Virus record (IMG/VR): IMGVR_UViG_3300028666_000023
Span: 129,845 to 193,844 of that record
Length of the DNA: 64,000 nt
From: a virus
Reading direction: 5' to 3' (one strand)
Shown here: positions 8,123 to 18,009 of the stretch, piece by piece
Layout: every line of letters begins with the position of its first letter
How positions within the stretch are numbered: the stretch's first letter is position 1
Translations under genes and position numbers: made by a program
Notes under the pieces: generated by a model
Told to the model about the DNA's origin: nothing
Database searches by the model: none
Seen by the model: only the letters and a program-made list of their open reading frames with translations

Positions 8123-8634
8123 GCGTGCCCGCTCGGGTGGTTCATGGCACCGATGTCGCTCGAGTGTTGCCCGAGACCGGTGACCGTCGTTGCGTTCTCT
8201 CGCTGGTCGTATCGATCGACGGTGTTCACGTCGTCCAGGCTCGGGACGTCACCCTTCTTGCGTGGCTTTTTTGCTTCCGCAAACCCAGGTGTCTCACCGC
8301 CAGGGATGGGCCCGGGTCCCTCCGCGTAGACGCTGCCCTGCAGGGAACCATACTTCTGCTCGAGGGGAATCATCTCCCCCCGCGTGGGCCCGTCCCCCGA
8401 ATGCTTCTTCGCTTTGGCGGCGCCGGGGTCGTCCACGCTGCCCGCCGCGGTGTCCTGGGGGTTTCCCTGAGAATCCGCCCCCTTGTAGAGCTCGCCGCGC
8501 TTGTCCTTGTCCAACAGCTTGTCCACTGAAATGGGACGGCGCCCCTCCCGCGACTTCGTAATATCCATGTGGCTCTCCGCGAAGGCGATCTTCGAAAGCT
8601 CGTCGTAGAACGCGGAGAGAACTTTGCCGTCCAC
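8119..8634 (-). CDS. Putative internal virion protein
   Basis: Leader AFYDELSKIA; TACACT 6 nt upstream of GTG. Confidence 0.65.
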   Translation of the reverse strand: MDGKVLSAFYDELSKIAFAESHMDITKSREGRRPISVDKLLDKDKRGELYKGADSQGNPQDTAAGSVDDPGAAKAKKHSGDGPTRGEMIPLEQKYGSLQGSVYAEGPGPIPGGETPGFAEAKKPRKKGDVPSLDDVNTVDRYDQRENATTVTGLGQHSSDIGAMNHPSGHA

Positions 8635-8677
8635 GACTGGAGTGTACCGCGGGCACGGAACGTGCGGAAGAGCGGAC

Positions 8678-8881
8678 ATGCTCATCGTCGGACTCCTCGC
8701 CCTCATCATCTGCGTCGTCGGTCTGATCTTCTATCTCGCGTTCAATGCGATGTCGCGCGCGGCGTGGGTAGAAGTCTTCCGCATCATGTTCGCGATGGGG
8801 CTGCTCGCCTTTCTCATCGGCTCAGGGATGCAGAGCTGTTCCGTCGGAACAACCGGCGCGACCACCACAATCCACCACTAG
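8678..8881 (+). CDS. Small two-TM membrane protein
   Basis: MLIVGLLALIICVVGLIFYLAF...IMFAMGLLAFLIG; fills the gap between minus-strand genes. Confidence 0.65.
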   Translation: MLIVGLLALIICVVGLIFYLAFNAMSRAAWVEVFRIMFAMGLLAFLIGSGMQSCSVGTTGATTTIHH

Positions 8882-11800
8882 CCGAGAACGGCTCGAGCGG
8901 TCTGCAGCTGCGCGACAAATTGAAGAACAGCGCGCTGCTTGCGCTCGCGTGTGTCGCCGCGTTGCGCCGCCGTGCTCCCGCGTTGGATGCCCGTGATGTT
9001 CGTGATGTCCGGGTTCACGAGCCCGAAGAGGTCGTTGTAGGGACCGAACGCGCGCGAGTGGAATCCCTCGATGCCCTTCACGACGTTGATGCCGTCGGCG
9101 TCGAGTGCGAGATCGCTGGAACCGAACATGTCGTACATGCTGGCGATGGGGCGCCACGTGTAGTTCCGGATGAACTCGTCCACGTCGAAGCCGTTCGCGC
9201 GGATGTACGAGTACGTCTGAACTAGGAATTCAACCGCGTCTTGGATCGACGAGCCGTTGTCGAGCGCGAGGAGTCCGGCCTCGAGCCCGCGCGGGTCGTC
9301 GGCGTCGACCGCCTGTTGTACTTTCTGCAGCGCCTGCTCCGCGGTGTCGTACGAGACGCCGACTGACCCGCCGTTGGTGCCGGAGACCTGCTGCTGGTCG
9401 GTGATGGAGCCGGTGAAGAAGAACTCCTGGTACGCCTTGCCGATGAGCGAGGGGTGCCAGATGTCGCCGTACCAACCCGGGCGGATGTACTCCTCCGCGG
9501 GCAGGTCCACCTTCTGTTTCGTGTAGCGCGGCACGGACTCGGTGACGCGGAACGCGCGGAACTGCACCACGGTGGTGGGGTTGCCGAGGAGCGTCACGAC
9601 GTCCGGTCCGTACGAAGAGGCGGGCAGGGAGAGACCGACGGGGACGTTGATCTTCGACGCCGTCGTCCCCGCGATCGGCGGACCCTGATAGTACGGCAGC
9701 TTCTGCCCGGTGGTGACGTCCTGCGCCTTGTACGCCGAGGTCGTCTCCTGCACCGCGGTGATGGTGCCGAGGTTCGGTCCGAGGCTGCCGATGGTCGGCG
9801 GGTTGATCGCCGAGACGACGGTGACGCGCGAGGCATCGGTGGACGCGCGCTTCTGCACTGTCTGGTCCGGGCGGATGACGCCGAGGAATTCAACGCTCTC
9901 TTCGTACTGCCGCGCGTAGCTGCAGTTGAGGTTCGTCGAGCCACCGCTCTGGCTGACGGAGTGCTCGACCTCGGTGAAGTTGGCGAGGAAGTGCGTGCCC
10001 ATCAGGGCGTGCATCTCTTCGGGAGCGACGTCACCCGTTGCGCCGGCGGCCTGGTTGATCAACTGCTGGCGAAGCGCGAGCGCCTCCGCGTTGACGTACT
10101 TGTCGATGACGAGGCCGGGGAAGCCGGGGGCGATGTACGGATTGAACTTTCCCGTGACCTGCATCGTGCGCGCGGCGAAGCGGTACTTGAAGTAGAGGAA
10201 GTTGCAGGAGCGCTGCGCCAAGCCGATCTTGGGCGGCCCGCCACCGTCGACTGAGCCCGAACGTGCGGCGAAGATGTTGAGCTCCCCCATCTTCTCGAAG
10301 ACGGGCAGGATGCCGGTGAAGAGCTCGTGGTCGAGGAGGTCGTTCGACAGGATGGCCTGGAGCTCACGGCTCCCGCTCTTCAGCGTGAAGCCTTTCGGCG
10401 CGAAGTAGAACTGGTCGAAGAGCTCGTCCTCGCCGAAGAACTCGTCGTTCGTCTTGAGGAGCAACCGTGTGGGCTCTGTGAGGAACGCGCGCGAGTACTG
10501 CATGTCCCGGTAGTTCTCGGGGAACATGACGTTGCAGCGTGGCGGCGCGGAGAACCAGACGTCGGGGCGGAAGATCTGCGAGTTGAGCCGCGCCGGCTGC
10601 GTCACCTTCGCCGAGGACACGACGATGAAGCCAGCAGCGAGCTGGAGCTGTGCGGCTGCGTTGTTGAGCGGCGTGGTGATAGACGCGATGATCGACGCCG
10701 ACGCACCCGGCTGCCACTTCTTCGCGGCGGCCTGCGCCTGATCGAGCGAGGTCGACGCCGAGGCGTAGTACGACTTCGCCTGCTGCACCTGCGGCTGCGT
10801 GATGCGCGTGGCGGTGTCCCGGCAGGTCGCGCGCATGTTCGAGATGATCGTCTGCAGCGTCGCCGCGCCGAGCAAGCTCACCCCCGCTTGATCGGGCTGC
10901 GTGTTGAGGAGCTTCTGCGCGTTGTCGATCGACTGCAGGAGGCCGTCCGCCGTCGTTGCGATGAACGCGTTCTGTGGATCGGAGCGCACGCTCTTGCGCG
11001 TCACGCCGGACGGAGTGTTCCCCGTGCCCGGCACGTACCGCGGGCAGCACTGTGCGTAGGTCTCGTGGAAGATGATGCCCATCAGCGCGTTGATGGACTG
11101 CCGGATGGAGACCTGCTGCCCGAGGCCGCCGAGCGTGCGTCCGAGGAGGGAGTCGTAGCCGGCGGCGAGGAGGCGGAATGCAGTGGGGTCAGCCTCGTAC
11201 GCGGTGATCATCTGCGTAATGTGCAGCTTGAGCTCCGCGATGGAGAAGAAGATGTTCTCGCCGGCGAACTGCTTGCCCTCGAAGTAGCTCCCGCCGATCG
11301 CCTCGAGCACATGCACGATGCCGCCGAGCAGGCCCTTGAGGTTCGGGTATTGCACCGAGGGGGTCTGGAAGATGCGCAAAATCGCCGAGCCCTCGTCCTC
11401 GAGGAAGTCGGTGAAGAGGTTCGTCGAGCCGCCGGAGAACATCGCCTTGAGGCCCGGCCCGAAGAGGTCGGTGTTGTTCCACTGGTAGGCGTAGTCCCAG
11501 TAGTTCGACCAGTCCATGCACTGCAGGACGAGCGAGCGTTGTGACGCGCTCTTCGTCCACTGGAAGCCAACCATCTCGCCGCCGAAGAGGAGCTTGTAGT
11601 GGTCGTTCTCGATGTCCTGCAGGACGTTCTTGTCCCCAACATCGCCCGACGAACCGTTCACGATCGTAGTCGAGCCCTGCTGACCCTGCTGGTAGTCAGA
11701 CGGCGACTGGTTCGTGTTGCTGTTCGTGGCCGTTTTCGTGACTGGAAACGGAGAGGCGGCTTCGGCGAAGTCGTAGAAGTAGAGATGGACGAGCGTGCGC

Positions 11801-11955
11801 GGCAGGAGCTTCGTACCCTCGGGCAGCGGCGGGAGCTGGATGGAGCACGCCGCTGGCGCGTTCGGCGTGACCTGCACGGTCGCGGCGATGACGGGGACCT
11901 CCACGCCCTCGAGAAAGAGTCGAAGGCGCAGCCTCTGTGCGTACCCACCAGCCAC
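8878..11955 (-). CDS. Baseplate hub protein (gp27/VgrG-like)
   Basis: 1025 aa downstream of tape measure; RLFLEGVEVPV, LFGGEMVG, VTGKFNPYIAPG, VEHSVS pattern. Confidence 0.6.
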   Translation of the reverse strand: MAGGYAQRLRLRLFLEGVEVPVIAATVQVTPNAPAACSIQLPPLPEGTKLLPRTLVHLYFYDFAEAASPFPVTKTATNSNTNQSPSDYQQGQQGSTTIVNGSSGDVGDKNVLQDIENDHYKLLFGGEMVGFQWTKSASQRSLVLQCMDWSNYWDYAYQWNNTDLFGPGLKAMFSGGSTNLFTDFLEDEGSAILRIFQTPSVQYPNLKGLLGGIVHVLEAIGGSYFEGKQFAGENIFFSIAELKLHITQMITAYEADPTAFRLLAAGYDSLLGRTLGGLGQQVSIRQSINALMGIIFHETYAQCCPRYVPGTGNTPSGVTRKSVRSDPQNAFIATTADGLLQSIDNAQKLLNTQPDQAGVSLLGAATLQTIISNMRATCRDTATRITQPQVQQAKSYYASASTSLDQAQAAAKKWQPGASASIIASITTPLNNAAAQLQLAAGFIVVSSAKVTQPARLNSQIFRPDVWFSAPPRCNVMFPENYRDMQYSRAFLTEPTRLLLKTNDEFFGEDELFDQFYFAPKGFTLKSGSRELQAILSNDLLDHELFTGILPVFEKMGELNIFAARSGSVDGGGPPKIGLAQRSCNFLYFKYRFAARTMQVTGKFNPYIAPGFPGLVIDKYVNAEALALRQQLINQAAGATGDVAPEEMHALMGTHFLANFTEVEHSVSQSGGSTNLNCSYARQYEESVEFLGVIRPDQTVQKRASTDASRVTVVSAINPPTIGSLGPNLGTITAVQETTSAYKAQDVTTGQKLPYYQGPPIAGTTASKINVPVGLSLPASSYGPDVVTLLGNPTTVVQFRAFRVTESVPRYTKQKVDLPAEEYIRPGWYGDIWHPSLIGKAYQEFFFTGSITDQQQVSGTNGGSVGVSYDTAEQALQKVQQAVDADDPRGLEAGLLALDNGSSIQDAVEFLVQTYSYIRANGFDVDEFIRNYTWRPIASMYDMFGSSDLALDADGINVVKGIEGFHSRAFGPYNDLFGLVNPDITNITGIQRGSTAAQRGDTRERKQRAVLQFVAQLQTARAVLG

Positions 11956-13685
11956 TAGATTGTGACTCCCGTGGTGTTGGTCTGGCTGACGTTGCCGTCG
12001 GGCCCGATGAAGAAGTCGTGCGAGTCGGTGATCGGCGTGAAGGGCGTCAGCGTGCCCGACACGATGGCCATGGAGAAGAGCGTGGGCGAACCGCCGACGT
12101 TGATCGACGCGCCCGCACCCGAGCTGGCGTACCCACCGCTCGTCGAGAAGCCGCTTGCACCCGCCTGGAAGTTCGGGCCGCCGATGTACTGCTGCAGCAC
12201 GGGTAGTCCGGTGCCGCCGCTGGAGCTCGCGACCGCAGCCGCGCCGACGCCGTTCGATTGCACACCACCCGGGCTCGCGCCGACGGTAACGGGGGAGCCA
12301 ACCTCGGAGGAGTAGCCGCCGGGGATGCCGCCGCCGGCACCCTGCCCGCCGATGACGCCGCCGGAGACGGGAACGCCGTTGCCGTAGACCGGCGCGCCTG
12401 CCGAGGCGCTCACCCCCACGGCCGCGTTCTGCTGCGCCTGCGCTTGGATCGACGAGGTGAAGGACGGCGAGCCGGTGAAGCTGCCAGTGAAGCCGAGGCC
12501 GCCGTTGATGCCGCCGAACGAGTTCGAGGAGAAGCCCGACACGCCGAAGCTCGCGCCAAGTCCAATGCCCCCGAAGAGGCCGAAGGGCACGAACGCTCCG
12601 AAGAAGGGGAGCATACCGAGGTCGCCGAAGGTCAGCGGGTCGTTGATGTCCGCGCCGAAGAAGTCCGCCTGCTGCACGAGCGTCTGCTGCAGGTCGGTCA
12701 CCTCCGAGTTGATGTCCGTCGGGCTGTACGTCGGCGCCGTCGGGGGCAGGAGCGCGGTGTACTCGTCCACGTTGTCGGAGATGAGGCCACGCAACGGAAG
12801 GGTCCGTCCCTGTCCCGTCTGCACCGCCTCGGCAGCGTTCTGCAGGATCTCATCGATGCTCGGGTTGCCTGTCGAAGTGACGCCCTGTTGGAGAGCCTGC
12901 GTGAGGCTTGAGGCGCCACCGAAGCCGCTCGCCTGCTGCGCGGCACCCTGCTGGGCTTGCTGAAGGGCGGCGGCCTCTTGAAGAGAGGCGTTGCCGGCGG
13001 CGCTGATGATCGCCTGCCCCGCCGTCGAGATGTCCGCGGTCGTGAGCGAGACATCCGCAGGCAGGTTCACGCTCGCGCGCACGGGGAATTCCGGCGCACC
13101 AACGAAGCTGAGGTTCTGGTAGTTCGTGATGTAGAGGCGGAACGACAGGTTCACGCTGAGCGGATTCATCGAATCCTTCTCCGCCTGCGCGAGGAGCATG
13201 TACCCCTCCACAACCGTGTCGTCGTAGAACAAGTACGTGCGCGCTCCGCGCTCGACACTCTTCGTACCGCGGAAGAACGTGTTGTAGTTCTCCCAGAACT
13301 CCGCCTCCCAGTTGAAGTCGTTCGAGTTCACGAGCACCGCGGTCACGTCGATGAAGCGGGGCGACTCACCAAAGAAGAAGATGTACGGCTCGCCGAACGT
13401 CTCCACGATCTGGTGCTTCTCCATCCGTGCTTCCTTCACGGCCTGCAGGATGAAGTTCGAGTACTGCGTGGTCTCGCCGTTCTGAGAGCCCGAGTCGATC
13501 AGCTTCAGCTCCGTGCCGTCGGACTGCACCACCTTGATGATGGCGTACGTGTCCTCTTTGATCTCGAGACCGCGCAGCGGTCGGCGCGCACGGTCCGTGC
13601 CCGCACGACGTGCAACCCCGTTCCCAGACTGGTTGTTGAAGACCTGGGTGAACGCGTCGGTAGAGAGCTCGATGAAGACGCTCAT
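11955..13685 (-). CDS. Tail tip / tube-initiator-like baseplate protein
   Basis: N-terminal FILQAVKEARMEKHQIVETFGEPYIFFFG domain; Gly-rich C-terminus; position after tape measure. Confidence 0.5.
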   Translation of the reverse strand: MSVFIELSTDAFTQVFNNQSGNGVARRAGTDRARRPLRGLEIKEDTYAIIKVVQSDGTELKLIDSGSQNGETTQYSNFILQAVKEARMEKHQIVETFGEPYIFFFGESPRFIDVTAVLVNSNDFNWEAEFWENYNTFFRGTKSVERGARTYLFYDDTVVEGYMLLAQAEKDSMNPLSVNLSFRLYITNYQNLSFVGAPEFPVRASVNLPADVSLTTADISTAGQAIISAAGNASLQEAAALQQAQQGAAQQASGFGGASSLTQALQQGVTSTGNPSIDEILQNAAEAVQTGQGRTLPLRGLISDNVDEYTALLPPTAPTYSPTDINSEVTDLQQTLVQQADFFGADINDPLTFGDLGMLPFFGAFVPFGLFGGIGLGASFGVSGFSSNSFGGINGGLGFTGSFTGSPSFTSSIQAQAQQNAAVGVSASAGAPVYGNGVPVSGGVIGGQGAGGGIPGGYSSEVGSPVTVGASPGGVQSNGVGAAAVASSSGGTGLPVLQQYIGGPNFQAGASGFSTSGGYASSGAGASINVGGSPTLFSMAIVSGTLTPFTPITDSHDFFIGPDGNVSQTNTTGVTI

Positions 13686-13957
13686 TAGATCACCAGGTTG
13701 CTCTTGATGAGGACGTCGCGAAAGTTGCGCGCGGGCGTGAGGCCCGCGAAGGGCTCACCCTGCTGAAGGGCGAACGCCTCCGCCTTCACGAGGTTGGCGT
13801 GGCAGTCGTCGATGGTGATCTTGTCGCGCAGCGTGAGCGTGTAGAGGCGGCCGTTCTTCCGAATGACCGTCTTCACCTCGGTGCGGCAGGGAGTACAACC
13901 CGGCGGGAGACCGAAGGGCACCGCACCCTCGACGAACAGAAGAGACTTGGCGCTCAT
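13685..13957 (-). CDS. Hypothetical tail-module protein
   Basis: Coupled to flanking genes. Confidence 0.6.
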   Translation of the reverse strand: MSAKSLLFVEGAVPFGLPPGCTPCRTEVKTVIRKNGRLYTLTLRDKITIDDCHANLVKAEAFALQQGEPFAGLTPARNFRDVLIKSNLVI

Positions 13958-16900
13958 TTCTTCTTGGTCTCCGGGTCGGCTTCGTTGAGTCGCTTGATCT
14001 CGTCTGAGGTGGCACCGGTGTGCTTCGCAATGAGCTCCAACATCGAGTTGGCCTTGTGCGTGAGCTTCACCTGCTCGGCACCGAAGGGGTCTCGCGCTTC
14101 TGCTTCCGCCTTCGAGACTTCTTCCTTGTGCTTCTTGACGCCCTCGTCCTCTTGCAGGCCCTTCATCGCCTGCGCCAGCTTCATATTGCTACCACTCTTG
14201 AAGGCGTCCTGGATGTTTTTGATGGTCTTGGGATCGGTGACGCCGGCCATCGCTGCGAGGCCGTTCTCGTCCATCGCTGCGAGCTCCTTCCCGGAGAGCC
14301 CCAAGCCGAGCTCCTGGTTGAGGACGCCCTTCAGGCCACCGCGGCGCTCGCGCTTCAACCGTCCGGCCATGCCCGCGGTAAACAGAAGGTCTTGCCCCTG
14401 CGCTGTGCCGGCGAGCTTGCCGCCGTACTGGAGCGCTTCCTTCTCGGAGAGCAGGCCGATCGCGTTAGATTGGTCCTGCATGAGGGACTGCGCGCGCTCG
14501 AGATCTCCAGACTTCTCCGCCTCCGCGATCGCGGCGGCGCGCTGCATCACGGAGAACTTGCCACCGTCGCCGGTCAGCTTGTGGCTCACGGCGTCGTAGA
14601 CACCAGAGTTCACCATGCGCTTGACGTCAGCAGCGCCTTGGACGCGGAAGCGACGGCGCGCTTCTTCTTGGTCGCGCTTCTGCTGCGCATCGACGTTCCC
14701 CGCCATCAACCCCAGCATCGGACGGCCCGCTTCGACCTGACGCTTCTCGAGATCGGTCATCTTCTTGGTGTCGCCGCCGGTGCGCTCCAAGATCTCCATC
14801 GCGTCCGAGCCCTGCAACATGCGCTTGTACTCTTGGAAGTTCGTTCCCTTCTCGCCGACGTCGAGGGCTGCCTGCTGGACGCGATCGCGCGCGTTGGCGC
14901 GCTCGGCAGGATCGGCGCTGAGAAGGCCCGATGCCATGTCGCGGAACTCCTTCCCCTTGTAGAAGTCGCCCGCTGCCTGCTCCGTCTGGTACGAGCCCGT
15001 GAGCTTGCCGACCAAGTCCACCGCCGCGGTGCGCGCGTGCTCTGCTGCCGACTTGCTCCCGCCGAACTTCAGCAGGCCAAGGGGTCCGAGAAGACCTGCG
15101 GTGAGGCTCGAGGCGTACGAACCGGCCATCCCAGCGGCCACCTTCTCACCACGCGAGCGACTGTCGCGCACGCCCATCGCCTTCGCCCACGCACGGTTCT
15201 CTTCCGTGACGCTGGAGAAGCCACCCGGCGCCGCGGTCCCCGGAAGACCGCCCGGCGCGTTGTAGTTTGCGAGGAGACCAGACCCTTCACCCACGCCAGC
15301 GGCGCGTTCGACTTGCCCGATGATGGCTGCCTTCTCTTCGGGGCTGTGCGCTGCGCGGAGCCGCGCGGCCGTGATGGGGTCGGACTGCTCGAGGGCAGCT
15401 TGGATCGACACCACGCGGGAGTCGCCTGAGCCGCCGACGCCGAAGACGTAGGCGCTTCGGATCTTGTCGCGCGTCGCCGCGCTCATGGTGAACGAGCCAC
15501 TCGTCTCGTACGCGGACCGCGCGGTGGCGATCGACTGCAGCTTGTCCTGCATCTGCTGCGAGTTCATCCCGCGGAGGTCGAAGCCCGCGCGCTGCATCTG
15601 GGAGACGCCACTCTCGCCGGCGACGACCCATGAGAGACCGCGCCCGACGGCGCCAGGTACGTCGCCACCGGAGAACAGGGATCCTCCGCGGCCGTTCCAG
15701 CCTGCCATGACGTTGTCTCCGAAGTCCCCGGAGACGCCACGGCGCATCTGACGCGCGAAGTCCAGCCCTTGCGCCCGTCCGCCGAGACCGAAACCTCCGC
15801 CCGAACCAGCGAAGCGGCTGCGTCCGCCACCGCCGAGACCGAGGTTGGCCGCGCCGTGCTTGCCGGCGGCACCACCGACCTGCATCTGCCGCATGGAATC
15901 GTCGAGGTCTTTCGAGAACGTCTCGACGTACGTCCCGAAGAGGTCATTCATGAAGCTGTCGATCGCTTCGGAGCCCGAGTTGAAGACGTCCTGGCCGACC
16001 TTCTGCAGCTTGCCGTTCACGATCTCGCGCGCCTGCTCGTAGCGCTGCTTGATGCCGGACACGCCCTGCATCTTGCGCTGCTGCGCGAGGCCCTGGAAGT
16101 AGTTGTCCTGGCGCTCGGAGGACTGCATCTCGCGCATGATGGCGGGCATGTTGTTCGCCATCTTCACCGCGGCATCCATTTCGTCGCGGCCCATCCCGAG
16201 CTGACGCTGCGCGAAGAGCATCGAGCGATCGTCCATCTCGTTGATGTTGATGCCCTTGCTCGCCGCCCACTCGTTGAGCTGGATGGCAGGGAGGAATGCG
16301 CCGAAGCGCGCCATCGCCGCGCCGCGTAGACGACCCTCGTTGCGGATGAAGTTCGCGCGGTTCACCGGCGCACCGGCGCCCGTGACGTGCGATCGATCGG
16401 CCCCCATCGTCTCCTGGATGCCCATCCCACCGGCCAAGATCTGCTGCACCGCCGATTCGTCGAGGGTGCCGTTCTTCCCCGCCATGGAGGCTAGCGCGCG
16501 CCGACCGCGCCCGCTCTGGAGCCAGCTCCCCGCGCGCTGCATCTGACTCGAGGCGAAGGCCTGACGTCCCTCGGCACCCGTGAGACCGGTCGCGTTGTAG
16601 ATGTCCTCCTCTGAAAGGACGCCCATCTGCTGCGCGGTGCCGATCTGACCGATGGTGCGGATGCCCGCCATCGCTCCTTGGCTTCCGAGGCCTCCGATGG
16701 AGCGGGAGATCTGGGAGCCGATGCTCGCCGCGCCCGTCACTTCGCTCATGGCGAGGTTGCCGGACACGCTCGCCGATCGAACTGCGTTCGTGAACCGCCC
16801 CACGTGGTTCATCCCGAAGACGCCGGACTGCTTCGCGGCCGCGGCGAACTCCATCGCCCCCTCGAGTGTGGTCCCGAGGTCCTTCGCCATGGTCTTCAGC

Positions 16901-17532
16901 GTGCCGACCATGTCCTTGAAGCGGCGGGTGAACTCCTGGACGTCGCGCACCCCCTGGGCGAGGCCCATCGTCGACATCTTGCCAGCGAGCTGCGTGAGCT
17001 CGCCCATGGAGGTGATCTCCCCTCCCGGACCGAACTGCTCGGTCATGCCGCGCATCATGCCGCCGATTTGGCTCATGTCACCGCGCCCGAAACCGCTCCC
17101 ACCGTGCTGGTTCCTGAACGAGTACGACCCCCGGAGGGTCTGATTCAGGTCCATTTGCTGCCCCATGCCCTGATACATCTGCTGGCCGGCGTAGTGGATG
17201 CCTGCTCCCGCTGCCATCAGAGGGAGAGCAACCGCTCCACCCGCTGCAACCGCGCCGCCGAGGCCTGCGCCCGCGCCGAAGGCACCCAAGCCAGCCCTCA
17301 AACCGAGGGACATGGGGTCCAAACCGAGCATGCCCATCGCGCCGGAGAGCATCGGAGCGCCCACCGAGCTCGCGCGGTTGGCCGCCCCGCTCATCATCGC
17401 GTCTGCGCCGGCCCCGTTCTGCCCGCCGTAAACACCCCCCTGCCCGATGGCAGACGAGTAGGCCATGCGATTCATCGATGCCTGAGTGAACGCGCCGTTC
17501 ATCTGCGCGATCTCGGCGGAGGACATCGGCAT
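13954..17532 (-). CDS. Tail tape measure protein
   Basis: 1192 aa, Ala/Gly/Met-rich helical composition, upstream of baseplate hub genes. Confidence 0.75.
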   Translation of the reverse strand: MPMSSAEIAQMNGAFTQASMNRMAYSSAIGQGGVYGGQNGAGADAMMSGAANRASSVGAPMLSGAMGMLGLDPMSLGLRAGLGAFGAGAGLGGAVAAGGAVALPLMAAGAGIHYAGQQMYQGMGQQMDLNQTLRGSYSFRNQHGGSGFGRGDMSQIGGMMRGMTEQFGPGGEITSMGELTQLAGKMSTMGLAQGVRDVQEFTRRFKDMVGTLKTMAKDLGTTLEGAMEFAAAAKQSGVFGMNHVGRFTNAVRSASVSGNLAMSEVTGAASIGSQISRSIGGLGSQGAMAGIRTIGQIGTAQQMGVLSEEDIYNATGLTGAEGRQAFASSQMQRAGSWLQSGRGRRALASMAGKNGTLDESAVQQILAGGMGIQETMGADRSHVTGAGAPVNRANFIRNEGRLRGAAMARFGAFLPAIQLNEWAASKGININEMDDRSMLFAQRQLGMGRDEMDAAVKMANNMPAIMREMQSSERQDNYFQGLAQQRKMQGVSGIKQRYEQAREIVNGKLQKVGQDVFNSGSEAIDSFMNDLFGTYVETFSKDLDDSMRQMQVGGAAGKHGAANLGLGGGGRSRFAGSGGGFGLGGRAQGLDFARQMRRGVSGDFGDNVMAGWNGRGGSLFSGGDVPGAVGRGLSWVVAGESGVSQMQRAGFDLRGMNSQQMQDKLQSIATARSAYETSGSFTMSAATRDKIRSAYVFGVGGSGDSRVVSIQAALEQSDPITAARLRAAHSPEEKAAIIGQVERAAGVGEGSGLLANYNAPGGLPGTAAPGGFSSVTEENRAWAKAMGVRDSRSRGEKVAAGMAGSYASSLTAGLLGPLGLLKFGGSKSAAEHARTAAVDLVGKLTGSYQTEQAAGDFYKGKEFRDMASGLLSADPAERANARDRVQQAALDVGEKGTNFQEYKRMLQGSDAMEILERTGGDTKKMTDLEKRQVEAGRPMLGLMAGNVDAQQKRDQEEARRRFRVQGAADVKRMVNSGVYDAVSHKLTGDGGKFSVMQRAAAIAEAEKSGDLERAQSLMQDQSNAIGLLSEKEALQYGGKLAGTAQGQDLLFTAGMAGRLKRERRGGLKGVLNQELGLGLSGKELAAMDENGLAAMAGVTDPKTIKNIQDAFKSGSNMKLAQAMKGLQEDEGVKKHKEEVSKAEAEARDPFGAEQVKLTHKANSMLELIAKHTGATSDEIKRLNEADPETKKK

Positions 17533-17582
17533 GGGGTGAAAACCTCACCCCATACTAGAGGCCAAAAGTAGCCTCCGCAAAG

Positions 17583-17621
17583 GCAAATTTAGGGCCCTTG
17601 GAGGGATAAGGATCTTGGAGG
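17583..17621 (+). promoter_or_regulatory. Conserved phage promoter motif, copy 1
   Basis: GCAAA-N15-GGGATAAG-N5-TGGAGG. Confidence 0.8.
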
Positions 17622-17628
17622 CATTACA

Positions 17629-17916
17629 ATGAACAACATGAACTCTTCTGAGGGTCCCAAGAGCGGCGTCTTCATGGCCGCGAAAGAGCTCTTCTCCCTG
17701 CCCATCCCGGACGAGGACTACGGCAAGGAGTTCCCCCTCGACGCGACCATCCCGTCGCGATGCAGCTGCTGCGACAAGAAGTACAACAACGACGAGTTCC
17801 TCGCGCTCCCGGTCCCCAAGGGCTCCGAAGGCGCGTGGTTCTACCCCGCCGCCGAGGTCGAGTTCGCGATCCGCGAATGCACCTGCGGCAACAGGCTCGC
17901 CCGCCGGGTGGTCTGA
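17629..17916 (+). CDS. Small zinc-finger protein
   Basis: CSCC and CTCG motifs; SD GGAGG. Confidence 0.75.
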   Translation: MNNMNSSEGPKSGVFMAAKELFSLPIPDEDYGKEFPLDATIPSRCSCCDKKYNNDEFLALPVPKGSEGAWFYPAAEVEFAIRECTCGNRLARRVV

Positions 17917-17921
17917 GGGAG

Positions 17922-17949
17922 AAGTAGGGGTGAAGGACCCCTACTTTTT
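17922..17949 (+). terminator. Rho-independent terminator
   Basis: AAGTAGGGG/CCCCTACTT stem plus T-run. Confidence 0.8.
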
Positions 17950-17962
17950 AGCCTCCAAACAG

Positions 17963-18001
17963 GCAACTTTCCCATCCCAGTAGGGATAAGACCTTTGGAG
18001 G
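17963..18001 (+). promoter_or_regulatory. Conserved phage promoter motif, copy 2
   Basis: GCAAC-N15-GGGATAAG-N5-TGGAGG. Confidence 0.8.
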
Positions 18002-18009
18002 CAACCAAC

